The translations under genes were made by a program, and so were the position numbers. Below are positions 1 through 11,300 of a stretch of DNA of 64,000 nt, piece by piece. A model generated the notes under the pieces. It searched no databases and was not told where the DNA came from. It was given only the letters and a program-made list of their open reading frames with translations. Within the stretch, counting starts at the first letter, position 1. Every line of letters starts with the position of its first letter. The DNA comes from Klebsormidium nitens (lineage: Eukaryota > Plantae > Klebsormidiophyceae): NCBI GenBank assembly GCA_000708835.1, contig DF237073.1, positions 62,001 to 126,000 of the forward strand, in the 5' to 3' direction.

Positions 1-551
1 AAACAATATCGGGTGATCGGCAGAAGGAGATTCACTGCCACATTTCACTGAATCGGGCCTTTCAAAATCTACGTAAATGATGCAAGGCTAATCTGTTTTG
101 CATCGACGTAGATCTCACGTAGCGCGAATCTGCGTCTTCGCATGCATAGAAACTCTGCAGAGCAAACGGCTGTTTGTTTCCCCTTTTGACTCATTAAACC
201 TCCAGTCCTAAGCTACTGCAAGCTGAGATCGACTCGGCTTTCGAACTTCTAGAGAAAGTAATTGTGTCCCACCATTGCATCCGACTCTTATTCAAATGCA
301 AAAGAGCGACTCCATAAGCTCCAGCAAGTCTCAGAACAGCTCCCACATCTCATTCAAGAAGGCGACCACTCCCCGCTTTCCTCGACTGACCCACTCCCTC
401 TCCCCGCATCCATTCTCAGCATCCCGACGGTGTGTTGTGAATCTTCTTTGTAAGGGCGATAGTTTCCCGTTGACACCAGGTTCTCTCTCTTTTTACGCAA
501 CGGCGACCAAAAGCCAGCATTTGAACTTACCACATCCTCTTTCCCGCAGGC

Positions 552-2336
552 ATGGTCGCCATCCCGACGGTGCTCATCGGCGGCGGCCTGCTGCTGCTGT
601 TCAGCCCGGTGCTGCTCGGCATCGCGGCCATCACGAGCCCCATCTGGGGCCCGATCGCCGCGCTCGCGCTCGCGGCGCCGCCCGTCCTCGGCGGCCTCAC
701 GCTCGCGGCCGTCCTCTTCGGGCTGTCCGTCTACTGGTTCTGGAACTTCATCAGGTGGGTCAGCTGCAGGGTTTACATAACCAGTGTCTGGTTTCTGTGA
801 ATGGATGTCCTCATTGAATTACTGGCCGTCCGCTTCGGGCTGTCCGTCTACTGGTTCTGGAACTTCATCAGGTGGGTTTGCTCGCGCGTTAACAAAACCA
901 GTGTCGTGTTTCTGCTTGTCTGGGGATTGCTCGTGGCTGGACCGCTGTCGTTTTTGGGCTGTCCGTCTTTTGGTTCTGGAACTTCATCAGGTGGGTTTGA
1001 TCGCGGGTTAGCGTGACCAGGGTCTTGTTTGCTAATTGCTTGGGGATTGCCCGTGGGTGTGCTTGACTGGGGCGTGATCCCCGGCAGTCGTTTTCGGGCT
1101 GTCCGTCTAGTGCTTTTGAAACTTCATCAGGTGGGTTTGTGGTTCGTGGCTTTGATCTGGATTTGCCAGTTTTTGTTTGCATCGGCGGGTTAGTGTCACG
1201 AGTTTCTGGCTTGGGTGACTGCTTTGGGGGTCTGCTAGCGTACTCGTGGGTGTGCTTGACGTGGGAATTGTTACCCGCCATCGTCTTCTTGCTGTCAGTC
1301 TACTGGGTCTGAAAAATCATCAAGTGGGTTTGCTTTGGGTTTGCCGATTTGGATGCCGAAATTACGGGTTGGAAAAGGATCGTTCGTTTATTTCTGATCA
1401 TCGGCTCAAGCTTTCGCAAAATGTTTCTGTACCAAATATATATCGAGTTTCGCAAAACAGTGTGTACAAGGAGTAACTCAAAACAAAGCCCGTTGCATTC
1501 TCTTTGGATGAGAATGAGCAGATGGGCGCGATTTGTTGAAGGGTTTCGAAGCAGTTTCGTAGTGGTGTAGTTGAATCAAAGGCGGTAAAACGTCAAGACA
1601 ATCCCTCTTGTTCCACTCTCTTGTAATAAGGTCTGATTCTTAGGGTTTCTCAATTGTTTATCTGATTGGAAGTGGTCACGAATTGTGGTTTCTCGACGGC
1701 CAGCTATATCAGGGCAGTCGATCGCTGACAAAGCATTCGGAGACGGAGGTTCAATTCATTCGGCCTTCGAGTGACCGGGTCTTTCAGATACAATCGAGCT
1801 CTGACATCTGGTCTTCTTTACAATCGGCCGTAGGCCCCTGAAAGACCAAGAAGGTGTCAGGTCGGTCAACAGTTGCCCACTTAAAGAATCTAAACCTCGG
1901 TTGACCAACTTTTTGATGAAAGTTCATGACGGAACAGAACGCACCCCGCATTTGCGGCCCGCTTCAGATCTCACCAGCTTTTCGCAACCACTAACCAGAT
2001 GGGCAAAAAACCCCGCTGCCGATCTTCCAGGACCAAGAACGCGCCGGCAGCGGAACATACCCCGAACACTCCAGATCTTCGCCGGATGCTCGTAACAAAA
2101 GTTCAGAATCTGGCAAACCTTGCTGCAGGTCTTCCAAGACCAAGAAGGCGCCGGTCGACCTGTACGAGGGCGCCAAGGAGGCGACGCAGAGGATCCCGTA
2201 CGTCACGCGCGATATCACACAGAAGGGGCGCGAGGCAACGGAATACGCGCAGAGGAAGGCGCGCGAGGCGGGGCAGCGCGCGGGGGAGGGGATGGAGAAG
2301 ACCGGGGAGGAAATCAAGCAGACCTCGCAGAAGTGA
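552..2336 (+). CDS. Oleosin-like lipid-droplet protein (2 exons: 552-754, 2129-2336; 136 aa; an upstream exon cannot be excluded)
   Basis: 67 consecutive uncharged residues (MVAIP...YWFWNFI) with FSPVL and TSPIWGP motifs; phase-2 splice AG|gtgggt...ctgcag|G joins an amphipathic tail (PVDLYEGAKEATQRI...AREAGQRAGEGMEKTGEEIKQTSQK*) typical of oleosin C-termini. Confidence 0.7.
716..1330 (+). repeat. Five decaying tandem copies of the exon-1 3' end plus splice donor (GT at 755, 872, 991, 1131, ~1324)
   Basis: 45-nt core cttcgggctgtccgtctactggttctggaacttcatcaggtgggt is identical at 716-760 and 833-877; more diverged copies at ~956-996, ~1096-1136 and ~1289-1329; spacings 117, 119, 140, ~193 nt. 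Confidence 0.95.
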
Positions 2337-4442
2337 AGCAGTGCCCGGGTTGAAGGGCCGGGAGGAGTGGGTGGTTAGGGGATCGGTTAATCAGACCTTC
2401 GCAGAAGTGGTGACGTGCCCGTGGCAAAGGGGCGGGGAGAGTCGGTGGTTAGGGGATTGGTTAAGCAAGCCTAGTAAACGTGAAGAGGTGCTTGGGGTAA
2501 ACGGCCGGGATGAGTGGCTCGTCAGGGAGTCGCTGAGCGGAAGGTGGAGGGTTTGGACTTGGCGTGAGCTGGAGTAGGTGGGCTGCAGAATGGGCGGGAG
2601 ATGAAAAGGATCTGTGTTCGAGTGGCTTGAGTGCAGCTTCAACGGTAGGAGGATTCTGTATAGCAATCTGGCGAAGTGTCTGTAGTGCAATCGAAGAAAC
2701 GGAACTCAAATATCTGTGTACAAAGAGTCTCAAAGAGCACCTAGAGCAGGAATATGCCTCAGCATTTGTACAGACTTGACAAAGGGTCGATCGATGGCGA
2801 TAGAACCAGTGAGAGAATTTGTATGGCGTGTAGAGTAGGTGGATTGGGTGGGGCCCCACCAAAGATTTTGCAGGTGTAAGCCAGTTGTTTGAAGGGGAAC
2901 TTGCATCGCTAAATTGTAGATAGTTAACTGAGACCTGAGATTACTTCTGGTGCAACTACACCTGAAGACCTTCCAAACTCACAATCTGTGGTTGCACGAG
3001 CGGGAGTCCGATGCCGTGCCGTGCATGCCACCATATGTCCAATCGCAATACCAGTGTTCGTTATGCAAACTCTGACGATGATACGTAGGATTGGTTTCAG
3101 CATAACTTTTGGCTCCACGGCCTTTCGAAGACGATCAGAATCATATATCTCGGTGATCGAAACACCGTGACGGTAAGCAGTGGAGAGCTTGCATACGCAC
3201 TGCTTCCAATACAGTCGCATTCTCCTTGCCTCGTAGATTGAACCTGCAGCTCACTTTCCTAGTGTGCATGTTGCAATTATAAGCTTGAAGCACGATGCAG
3301 ATTGGCGAAATTTCGACTTGAAGCAACACTTTCACATGCGTGAATTGAGAGTCGACCTAGTGCGTTTCTGCCCATGCATGGGATCCTATCGTAAGAGCAT
3401 GCCATCGGTCGTGTCATATACAGCAATGTTCAAAGCACAGAGATCATTGCTTTGCTGATTGTGATCGAAGTCTATGCTTCAACCAAATAGCTTAATGTCC
3501 ATGTATGATGACGATATTGACATGCGTGCCGTGCAAGCAATTTGTATTGCTTAATGTGTAAGTTCATATTGCCTCTAACGAACGACCATTGAATACTGCC
3601 ACAACGTTGCATGCACCCAAGCCTGACCCCCGCGCCGGAGGGTCATGAAAAAACCTGTCAGCCATCCGCTTTGGACAAGGCAGGCCCAAATCATGAAATT
3701 CTCGACATGGGGGCACGATCAAACGGTCGTCCTTGCGAATTGAGCACTCCACGCAACTCGAGCAGTCCAAACGACGCGTGAATCAATAGCGGCATGGGAG
3801 GGAGACTTCCGGTTGCCGGTTGCAGTCAGTATGCACGAGCTGAACTTCAGACAAAAAGGGGAAGCGTCATGCGAGATAATGCAAATTCGTCCAGGATTTG
3901 AAGTAACAGACAAGGAGCAATTTGAGACCGACTCTCGCAAATCTGAGCCATCTGTTACCGCAGAAAATTAACGACGCTCTGCATGAAGAATGGTCTACTA
4001 CCTCCTACCCGAATACACTCTTGATTTATACATCTGCTTTCGATCAACCTAACACTACCTGTTTGTACAAGTATTTACACAGTCCTTGAGGAGCTCAGAT
4101 CATCACGTTGGCTACCCTATTTCGCCACAACCAAACAATAACGGCCTGCTGACTTGCGCCCTTGAACTTTGTCAGCAACTTGGCTGATGCTCTCAAGCAG
4201 AGCCACAGAAATGCGCCTTTGCTTCCCCAAGAACTCCACCCCTGCCGCTGTGACAGTCACCTAAATCCAGGCGATCCTACTGTGGCAAGTACTCCCTCAA
4301 ACGAAGGGCTCCATCCGATTTCAGCCTGTGGCTGCACAACGAGTGCTGCTGACCCGACTCTATTGGCGCAGCAGCTTCGCAAAAGGGGACGTCGCCAACA
4401 TGCAGAACACCTCCTCTTAAGCCGCGACCCTTCTGCCCCCGC

Positions 4443-6576
4443 CTAAGCGACCCTGAGCCCCACCCGCGGTTTGTCCTCACCCCCTCTGTCCGCCGCCTCT
4501 CTCTTCTGCTGCCGCTTTGCTCGCCGCCCCGTCCCTTCCTTGCCCGTACCCCCAGCCAATGCCCCACTTTCCTCCCCCACTTTCTCCTTCCCTTTCCCAG
4601 ACGGCCCCGCCCCCGCGCCCCCAACCTTCTCCTTGCCCTTGCCCCTCGCCACTGAGGACGAGGGCGCCGCTTTGGGGGGCACCACGCGCGCCTCCTTACG
4701 GCCCCCCCTCACGAAACCGTCAGACCCCCAGCGCCGATTGCCAATGCGCAGCGTGGGCCGGCCCCCGTACTCATAGTATTCATCTCCGTCCTCCTCATAG
4801 TCGTCATAGTAGGACTCTTCTTGAGCCTCCCGGTAGTCGCTCTCGGCCTGCCAGGTGTCAGCGGCGCGGACGTACCAGGTGGCGCGCAACAGGAGGCACA
4901 CGCTCTCCTCAAGCATGACGTCACTCAGGCTACAGACAAGTAGAGACAGGGGGGTAAGCAGGTGAAACTTTCACCTGCCGAAGTGAAGTGAATGTTAGCG
5001 AAGAGTTTGACACGCGGTTAGGAGAATCTGGAACTCATATCTGCTTACAATGCACGCGGTCTCAAGGGTAGTACTCAAGATAGACAAGAGGTGCTACTAA
5101 TGAGGACGAACAAATTGCGGGAGACAATCCAACAAAAGTCAAGAGAGCAGAGATGCAACAGAGTCTCCAGGTTTTCGCGAAGGTTTGTTCCATTCACTTG
5201 TTCGCAACTTGCTGACTAGACATGTTGGAAGGAGAAGCAGGTAATCACAGGACTGATATCTATTTGCAGCACTGCAATCTTAGTAGGTCCGACCAACCAG
5301 ACTTTTCTTTTAAGCGCCAAACTTCAGAGTCCAGAAAATGACGCACCTGCCATCCAGGGTCTTGTATGTATAGAGCTTGGTGAAGGGCAGGCGGCATTGG
5401 GGACACCACGGAGTGGTATGGAACGTGGCCCAGCGCAGGATACAGTTTATGCTGCACAGGGCAAGGAGGATTGCAAAATGAGAAAATTTTATGAGCGATG
5501 ACGAAGAATGGATGCAGCTGAAGTTGCAAAGAAAGCAAGTGGAGCGAACTCAGTTTGAGTGCTCAGGACAAGCTGGACAACATGGGCCAGAAGATTGTGA
5601 TTTGCTCCACCAAGACAAGAAGTAGAATGCAAAAGGATTGAATTAACAAAGAGGACTCCGCAAAAAGCACAATCTAGGCAGCTTCTCTACAGCTTTACGG
5701 AGCACAATCTGGCCTCCAAAACGTACACAAATGGAAACGGCTTCGTTCCTGGCCAACATTCAGCATCTGCATTCCTGCAGGTCATGAAAGGAAAGCCCCC
5801 CTGCCCCATAAACCAGCCTGGCACTGCATTCAGCCTACAAAGTGGTCTCAGCACAGACGCAATGCTCACCAGTAGGCGTGCTCGCAACCTTTGACCTGTG
5901 CTGTGCTGGCGGCAGCAATGACATCGCGGCAGATGGCGCAAATCCAATCGTCGCCCTCAGCCAGAAACGAGGCAGCAAAATCTGCAGTCGCTACTGCTAG
6001 ACCTGCGGCGCCCGCGTGCTGGTGGCCCTCTCCGCATGCATGGTTGCTTGACTGGAGTGCCGGTTGAGCAGTGTCAATTGTTGCCGAATGCTGGAACGAG
6101 CACCAAGTAGAGACAGGGAATGAGCCACAGAAGCTAAGGTCAGACAACCTTGACCCAACTGTAAATGAGGGCGGCGTCTGGACCTCGCAAGCTTTTTTTG
6201 TAAACCGTCTTCTTGAAGCAGACGCAAGACTCTGCTCTCTTTGCTGAAGCACACACATGTATGAATCTTCGGACACCTAGAGTTGTGAGAGGCTTTCATA
6301 CCCATTCATCAGCAAGATGCATGTAAAAGAGAAGCAGGAACATGGATTGCAGGCAAACATCCTGGCAAATGCGTGCAGGTACGACAAAAAACCTCTGCTC
6401 AGAAGCACAAATCTTGCCGCTCTGAACCAGGACAGTCAGAAGATGCACAAGAAAGAATAAGCACTCTTGTTTCTCACCAGTGACTGGGCCTGTGCCGCCC
6501 CTGCTTGCTCCAGAGCAAAGAGAATCTCAGGTTCCTGCAGGTCCTCCACAAATCTCTCCCAGTCTGAGCCCTCCAT
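4443..6576 (-). CDS. RING-HC (C3HC4) E3 ubiquitin ligase, plant type (exons 6478-6576, 5870-6090, 5347-5451, 4443-4929; 303 aa)
   Basis: Spliced RING CAICRDVIAAASTAQVKGCEHAYC-INCILRWATFHTTPWCPQC followed by the plant motif TLDGSLSDVMLEESVCLLLRATWY and an acidic Tyr/Asp/Glu tract; all introns GT-AG and phase-consistent. First exon is less certain. Confidence 0.85.
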
Positions 6577-7266
6577 GGGTCCCCAATATTCCAAAGGCCG
6601 CCGACCAACAACCAGCTCTTTAGAACCAGCTACTCTTCGGACCGCTCTGTACTTTTCCGCCCAACTTCTCCTAGCTACCCTACCTACTGACCAGAAAAAC
6701 AAGGCACGTCAGCCTCAGCGGTGCCGCAGAACCCTGACTCCTCCTTGGATTAAGAACAGACCAGGAACAGCCCTAGGCAATTCAAAGAATGAATAACGTT
6801 CAACAATATGCAATTATATAATTTGAAAAGCTAATCGACTGGACAGCGGCGTGCTGTCACGGTACTTTTTAGCACAGATCCCTGGCACTCAAACCCTAAG
6901 CCTGGTCCCCGAGACGCCTTGGATGCAGGCCGACTGCCCTATTGAACAGAAGCGATCCCAAACTACGGTGGCCCAGGTATGTGCCAGGTCACCTAACCCA
7001 ACGCCCCTGAATCTGTTACGAACAGGCGCCCTAACCAGCGCCTTCCTCCTTCCTACAGCCTATACAGATAGCTAGCGACGTTCTGAGCCACACAGAGAGA
7101 AGCTCCCCAGATTCAAAACGCAACGTTGAGGATGGTTCAATTTCTCGTCGAAAGCTTGCATCAAGGCCACGTGTGACCGCTTAGCTTCAGATTCAAATCG
7201 AAGATTCGACGGGATCCCCTCGACATCGCAGCAACGGCCAGCGTAACGCGTTGCACTTCTTTCAAA

Positions 7267-7304
7267 TTAGGGTTTGCAGTACCTGCTTGTGCGCCAAACC
7301 CTAA
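7267..7304. promoter_or_regulatory. Inverted pair of telo-box motifs (ttagggtttg ... caaaccctaa) in a divergent intergenic region; another AAACCCTA near 6892
   Basis: Perfect 10-bp inverted repeat at 7267-7276 and 7295-7304; AAACCCTA is the known plant telo-box. Function not shown. Confidence 0.35.
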
Positions 7305-7308
7305 GCTT

Positions 7309-8025
7309 GTGCTTGATTTCCAACTCATGCTTTGTGTGTGTTTGCAGCATTGCGCAGGTTCCACTTCCAACAGCAGTTTGCAGGCTTTGGGGGCTGGCCC
7401 CTGCTCCTTGCAATCGCGTCAAGGTGCAGGAATGCATCTCGACGGCAGCAACACTGACGAGATCGCGAAGACGAGGCCTGCCTCGCCGCAGAGCTCTCGT
7501 GCCCTTGCTGATCTCACCTTTGTGCAGAACAAGTCCATTTTGCGGTGGTTGCGGGCAGTCAAGGAGGACATAGCAGATTTGGAGACTGTGTCAGGAGCTG
7601 CACTTCTGTGCGATGAGAGAGTCGAGGACCTGAGGAAAGCCAATGCACTCTTGGCAGAACTAGAGGTGAAGGTGGCTGCAATGCCAGCGGAGGAATTCGC
7701 GACAGCAAACGTGGCTCTGAAATCACATTGCCCTCCCGTGCAGCAAAAGAACGAAAACGTAGTGTATAGGAGGGAGGGCCCACCAAGCCCTGCCGTGATC
7801 AGGCGTTCGCAGACCGCCGCTGTGCTGGGAATGAAGAGACACTGCGAGAGGAACATTGCATACTTGCTGGAAAGGACTGTTCGGTCTGAAGAAGAGGAGG
7901 ACGAGCTGAAGGTTGAGAGAGAATTGCTGGCTCAAGTGGAGGCTGAGATTGCAGCGACACCAGCAGAAGACCTTGCTGATGTAGAAGCCCGGATTGCGGA
8001 GCGTCAGAAGATAAGGAGGACTTGA
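7309..8025 (+). CDS. Hypothetical helical protein with an internal repeat (up to 238 aa; true start uncertain)
   Basis: Long open frame with Glu/Ala/Leu/Arg-rich helical composition; repeats RVEDLRKANALLAELEVKVAAMPAEEFA and EEDELKVERELLAQVEAEIAATPAEDLA. Confidence 0.6.
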   Translation: MLDFQLMLCVCLQHCAGSTSNSSLQALGAGPCSLQSRQGAGMHLDGSNTDEIAKTRPASPQSSRALADLTFVQNKSILRWLRAVKEDIADLETVSGAALLCDERVEDLRKANALLAELEVKVAAMPAEEFATANVALKSHCPPVQQKNENVVYRREGPPSPAVIRRSQTAAVLGMKRHCERNIAYLLERTVRSEEEEDELKVERELLAQVEAEIAATPAEDLADVEARIAERQKIRRT

Positions 8026-8334
8026 CCAGCAGGATCGTGTTCTTCACCAACACGCGTGTCCCCTCCTGAAGTGTCTAACATTGTTTAGAAGGTCAATTGG
8101 TGGTACTAGGATACAAACGAAGGCAATCTTGTGTCTGTGGCATACTGAATGTAGCGGGGCTGTGTGCCCCTCCTGCGCTAGGTCAAGCAGGTCGAACCAG
8201 GGACAAGAAGTTTCTAGGAGAAGGTCTGCACTCGGTCCCTGTCCATGAACGAAAACATTGGCTTTAGTATAGAATTTGAGTCTGACACAAAAGCATTCCT
8301 AAACAGCAGTGCCCCTGAACAAGCCTCAACTAGT

Positions 8335-11300
8335 ATGATGGCTAAGCCGCTCAGATCTCGGCCCCAGGGATCAAACAGTCACCTAGCTGGGGCTGCCAAG
8401 TTCTTCGTTGGGATCACCGTAGTCTCTGTCCTTATGGTCGTTCTGGGCCCTAGGCTGTCTTTGGGTGCCCGGCGCCTCACAGAGGAGATCATCAGGTGAG
8501 ATCACATTCCCAACGAAGCACAGAGTTCAAAGTCGTCTTTGCGCTTCAGCAAGCTGCTACACAGTACAACTGCTCGATTACGTAATGGCTCCATATGTGA
8601 GAAGCTGCTGAAAGCTCTGACACCAACCTAGTTTGGGCCCTGTCTCCTGGTTAGGACCAATCTCCTGGCCGCAAGTAGCGAGGCCTTCTCATCGGACATC
8701 TGTCAACCAGTGGCGTTGATTCGTTTGTGCAGCTACCAAGAGGTGCTATCGTCCCTTGACGCCCAATCCCAATCAGAGGGGGACCCCGTTCACACCACTT
8801 CCCACCACTCCTCCCATCAAGGTGTGAATGCGATTACGGAAGAAGGCAAGGAAGGAGATGGAGTTGTAAAGAAGGAAGCAACCAACGGATGGGGAAACAG
8901 TAAAGACGAGTTGGACGAACAGCCTGCTAGAAAGAAGACGGCTGGGGCGGGGGCCACCGAGGGGGGCAGCATCCACGTGATTGTGACGAGCAACGGCTCT
9001 CCCTACCTCAACTGGCAGACCCGGATCATGTACCACAGCTTCAAGAAGGTTCGCTCAAAGGATGTTCTCTCGTCATTCCAATTCAACTGGGCGTTGGAAG
9101 CAGTCAATCTTAAAACGAGCCTCCAATTAGACAAGGACGTCGACAAAGGTTGGGTTTGGTTGTCCACACTTCGAACTTTTGCTGTGATGGCATCTGTCGA
9201 TTCTGAGTACTTGTGGCGACTCTGCTTTTGATTGCACTGATTGGTCTGTTCCTGACACTTGTCACTCAATTGTCACCCAGCGTTAACCTGCCAAAAGCAA
9301 CATCACCTGGTGCTCGAATCCACGGACTGACATCCTTACATCCCATCTGAAACGTACAGTTGTGAGGTATGTTGTCCACGAAGAGGGGAAGTCTGAACGC
9401 CAACCGAAACAATGGAAGAGACAATTCATGCTTTCGGCAAGAACACCTTCACACCAAACCTTCCTGTTTCATCCAGGTGGCAAGCACGCCGGGCAGTGCC
9501 ATGCACCACTTCACGCGCGTGTTGCACCGCTCCTCGGACGACGTCCTCATGGGGGAAATTCCCACCGTTCGAGTGGAGCCCCTGGACCCGTCCTGCGACG
9601 TGTGGTGTGAATACCCCGTGGCCAGCCGACCGTCCGCCATCCTGCAGTGGCTCGAGTCGGGGGACCCCAAGGGGGACTGGGTGCTCATGGCCGAGACGGA
9701 CCACTTGTTTGTCAAGTGAGGATCTCTTTTCCTGATGACAAACTTCATCAACGGGTCAAAGGGCTCTCCGCTCTCCTTGAAGTTATCCCATTGTCAGGAA
9801 GGTTGCGAAAAGGATTCACTCGAGTAGATAAGGTTCCGGGAAGAAGAGAGTCTGGGCAAAACTCAGAGTTTCTGACCAAGTGGGACGGGGCAAGGGCTCT
9901 TGTCAGGGTACTCTGCCTCGACTCTTTGCTTTCCTGCACTTGACTCTCGCCCTTTCGCTCGTTTCTCGCTTCGATCTCAAGGCCGTGAAACCCCGGGAGT
10001 GCGCTAGCTATGGGCGCCTTACGAGCTTCTGAACACTCTGTCTCGGTTGAGACCGCTTCGGCACAACGAATGGGTGAGCTGCGGTTTGTGTTGCGAGGCG
10101 TATCCAGGTTTGACATCGGACGAATCTGTCGAGTATTGACTTTCTGTTAACGGTTCCTAAAACGGTTCCTACAGGCCATTTGCCGTTCCGGCGTCCGGCC
10201 GGAATGTGGGCTTTCCGTTCAGCTACATGGCGCCTCAGGCAGGAGAGCTACGGAGCTACATGAAGAGGTGAACCAGATGCTCAAAACATGTGTGAAAATT
10301 GCACTTCAGAGAAGCACCGTTTGAGGTTTCTGGCGGCCATGCTCCTTTGCTGCAATTAAGAGATGAGATTGTTGAGATCTGCTGAAGCTGAAGAGACGTA
10401 CTTTGCATGCCGGTTCTGAAGCGATCCACTAGATCCTGTCCACTTTCAGGACAGCGGAGTCTCAAGTCGATCGATGTTTGACGATTGCTTTTGTAGTATA
10501 TCAAGCGCTCTTTCAAGTCAACAGGAACCTTTTTTTAGCTTCTACAGTGGACAGCGGCATTCTTCTAGCGTCCTGGAGTCAACGATCATTCTGTTTTCCT
10601 TTGGTGCACCACGTTGCTTATTGGGCGGCAACTCGAGCTCACTTGGTTTGCCGCTCACCAAAATGTACGTTCGTTGTGTGCAGGTTGTACGACTGTGCTG
10701 ACTGCTCCGTGAGCGACATCCCTCCAACCGGCAACGCGCCGCTCCTCATGAAGATCGAGGACATGAGGTAATATTCTCTCCTCGGTCTTATTATTCTTTG
10801 CGGCTACGGGTGATGCATTCCTCAAGGTGCGACATTCACAGCACTCGGGCCGTGCCTGGACGTCAGGCCGGTTAGGAAAGCTCTGTATATCAGAATCATT
10901 AGCTTCATCCAGAACTCTTCGGAAAGTCTTTCTTTCTCTTTCGTCAAATGCCGAAGCAACGCTTTCAGGCCGAGTCTGAGGGCCGCCGCTTGCCCTCTGC
11001 AATCGTCTCTGTCAAGTGGCTTTTTTGCGAAGACGACCAACGAAGACCTTCTTCTTTGCAGGAAGGTCATCCCTTTGTGGGTTGACGTCACAGCGCAGAT
11101 AGAGGAAGACGAGGACGCAAAGAAGAAGCTGGGGTGAGCGAGCGGCCTCTTGCATCCTTTTCAAAATCTGCTCTTTGCAGGTTCCCAAGCATCTTCCGAC
11201 TTGGCAAGTTCTCTTCAGATCCTTTCACCAACGAAGTTGACTCTCAGTCACTTCGCAATCTACCTAGCTTTTCTATCTAGGCTTCGAACGGTCGATGGTC

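Noticed and set aside
262-453. Possible upstream coding exon for the oleosin (AKERLHKLQQVSEQLPHLIQEG)
   Set aside because: Would need a weak GC donor and has no in-frame ATG in the window; left unresolved.
716-1330. Repeat-spacer pattern resembling a CRISPR array
   Set aside because: Eukaryotic intron; the repeat is an exon end plus splice donor, the spacers are mutually similar, and there are no cas genes.
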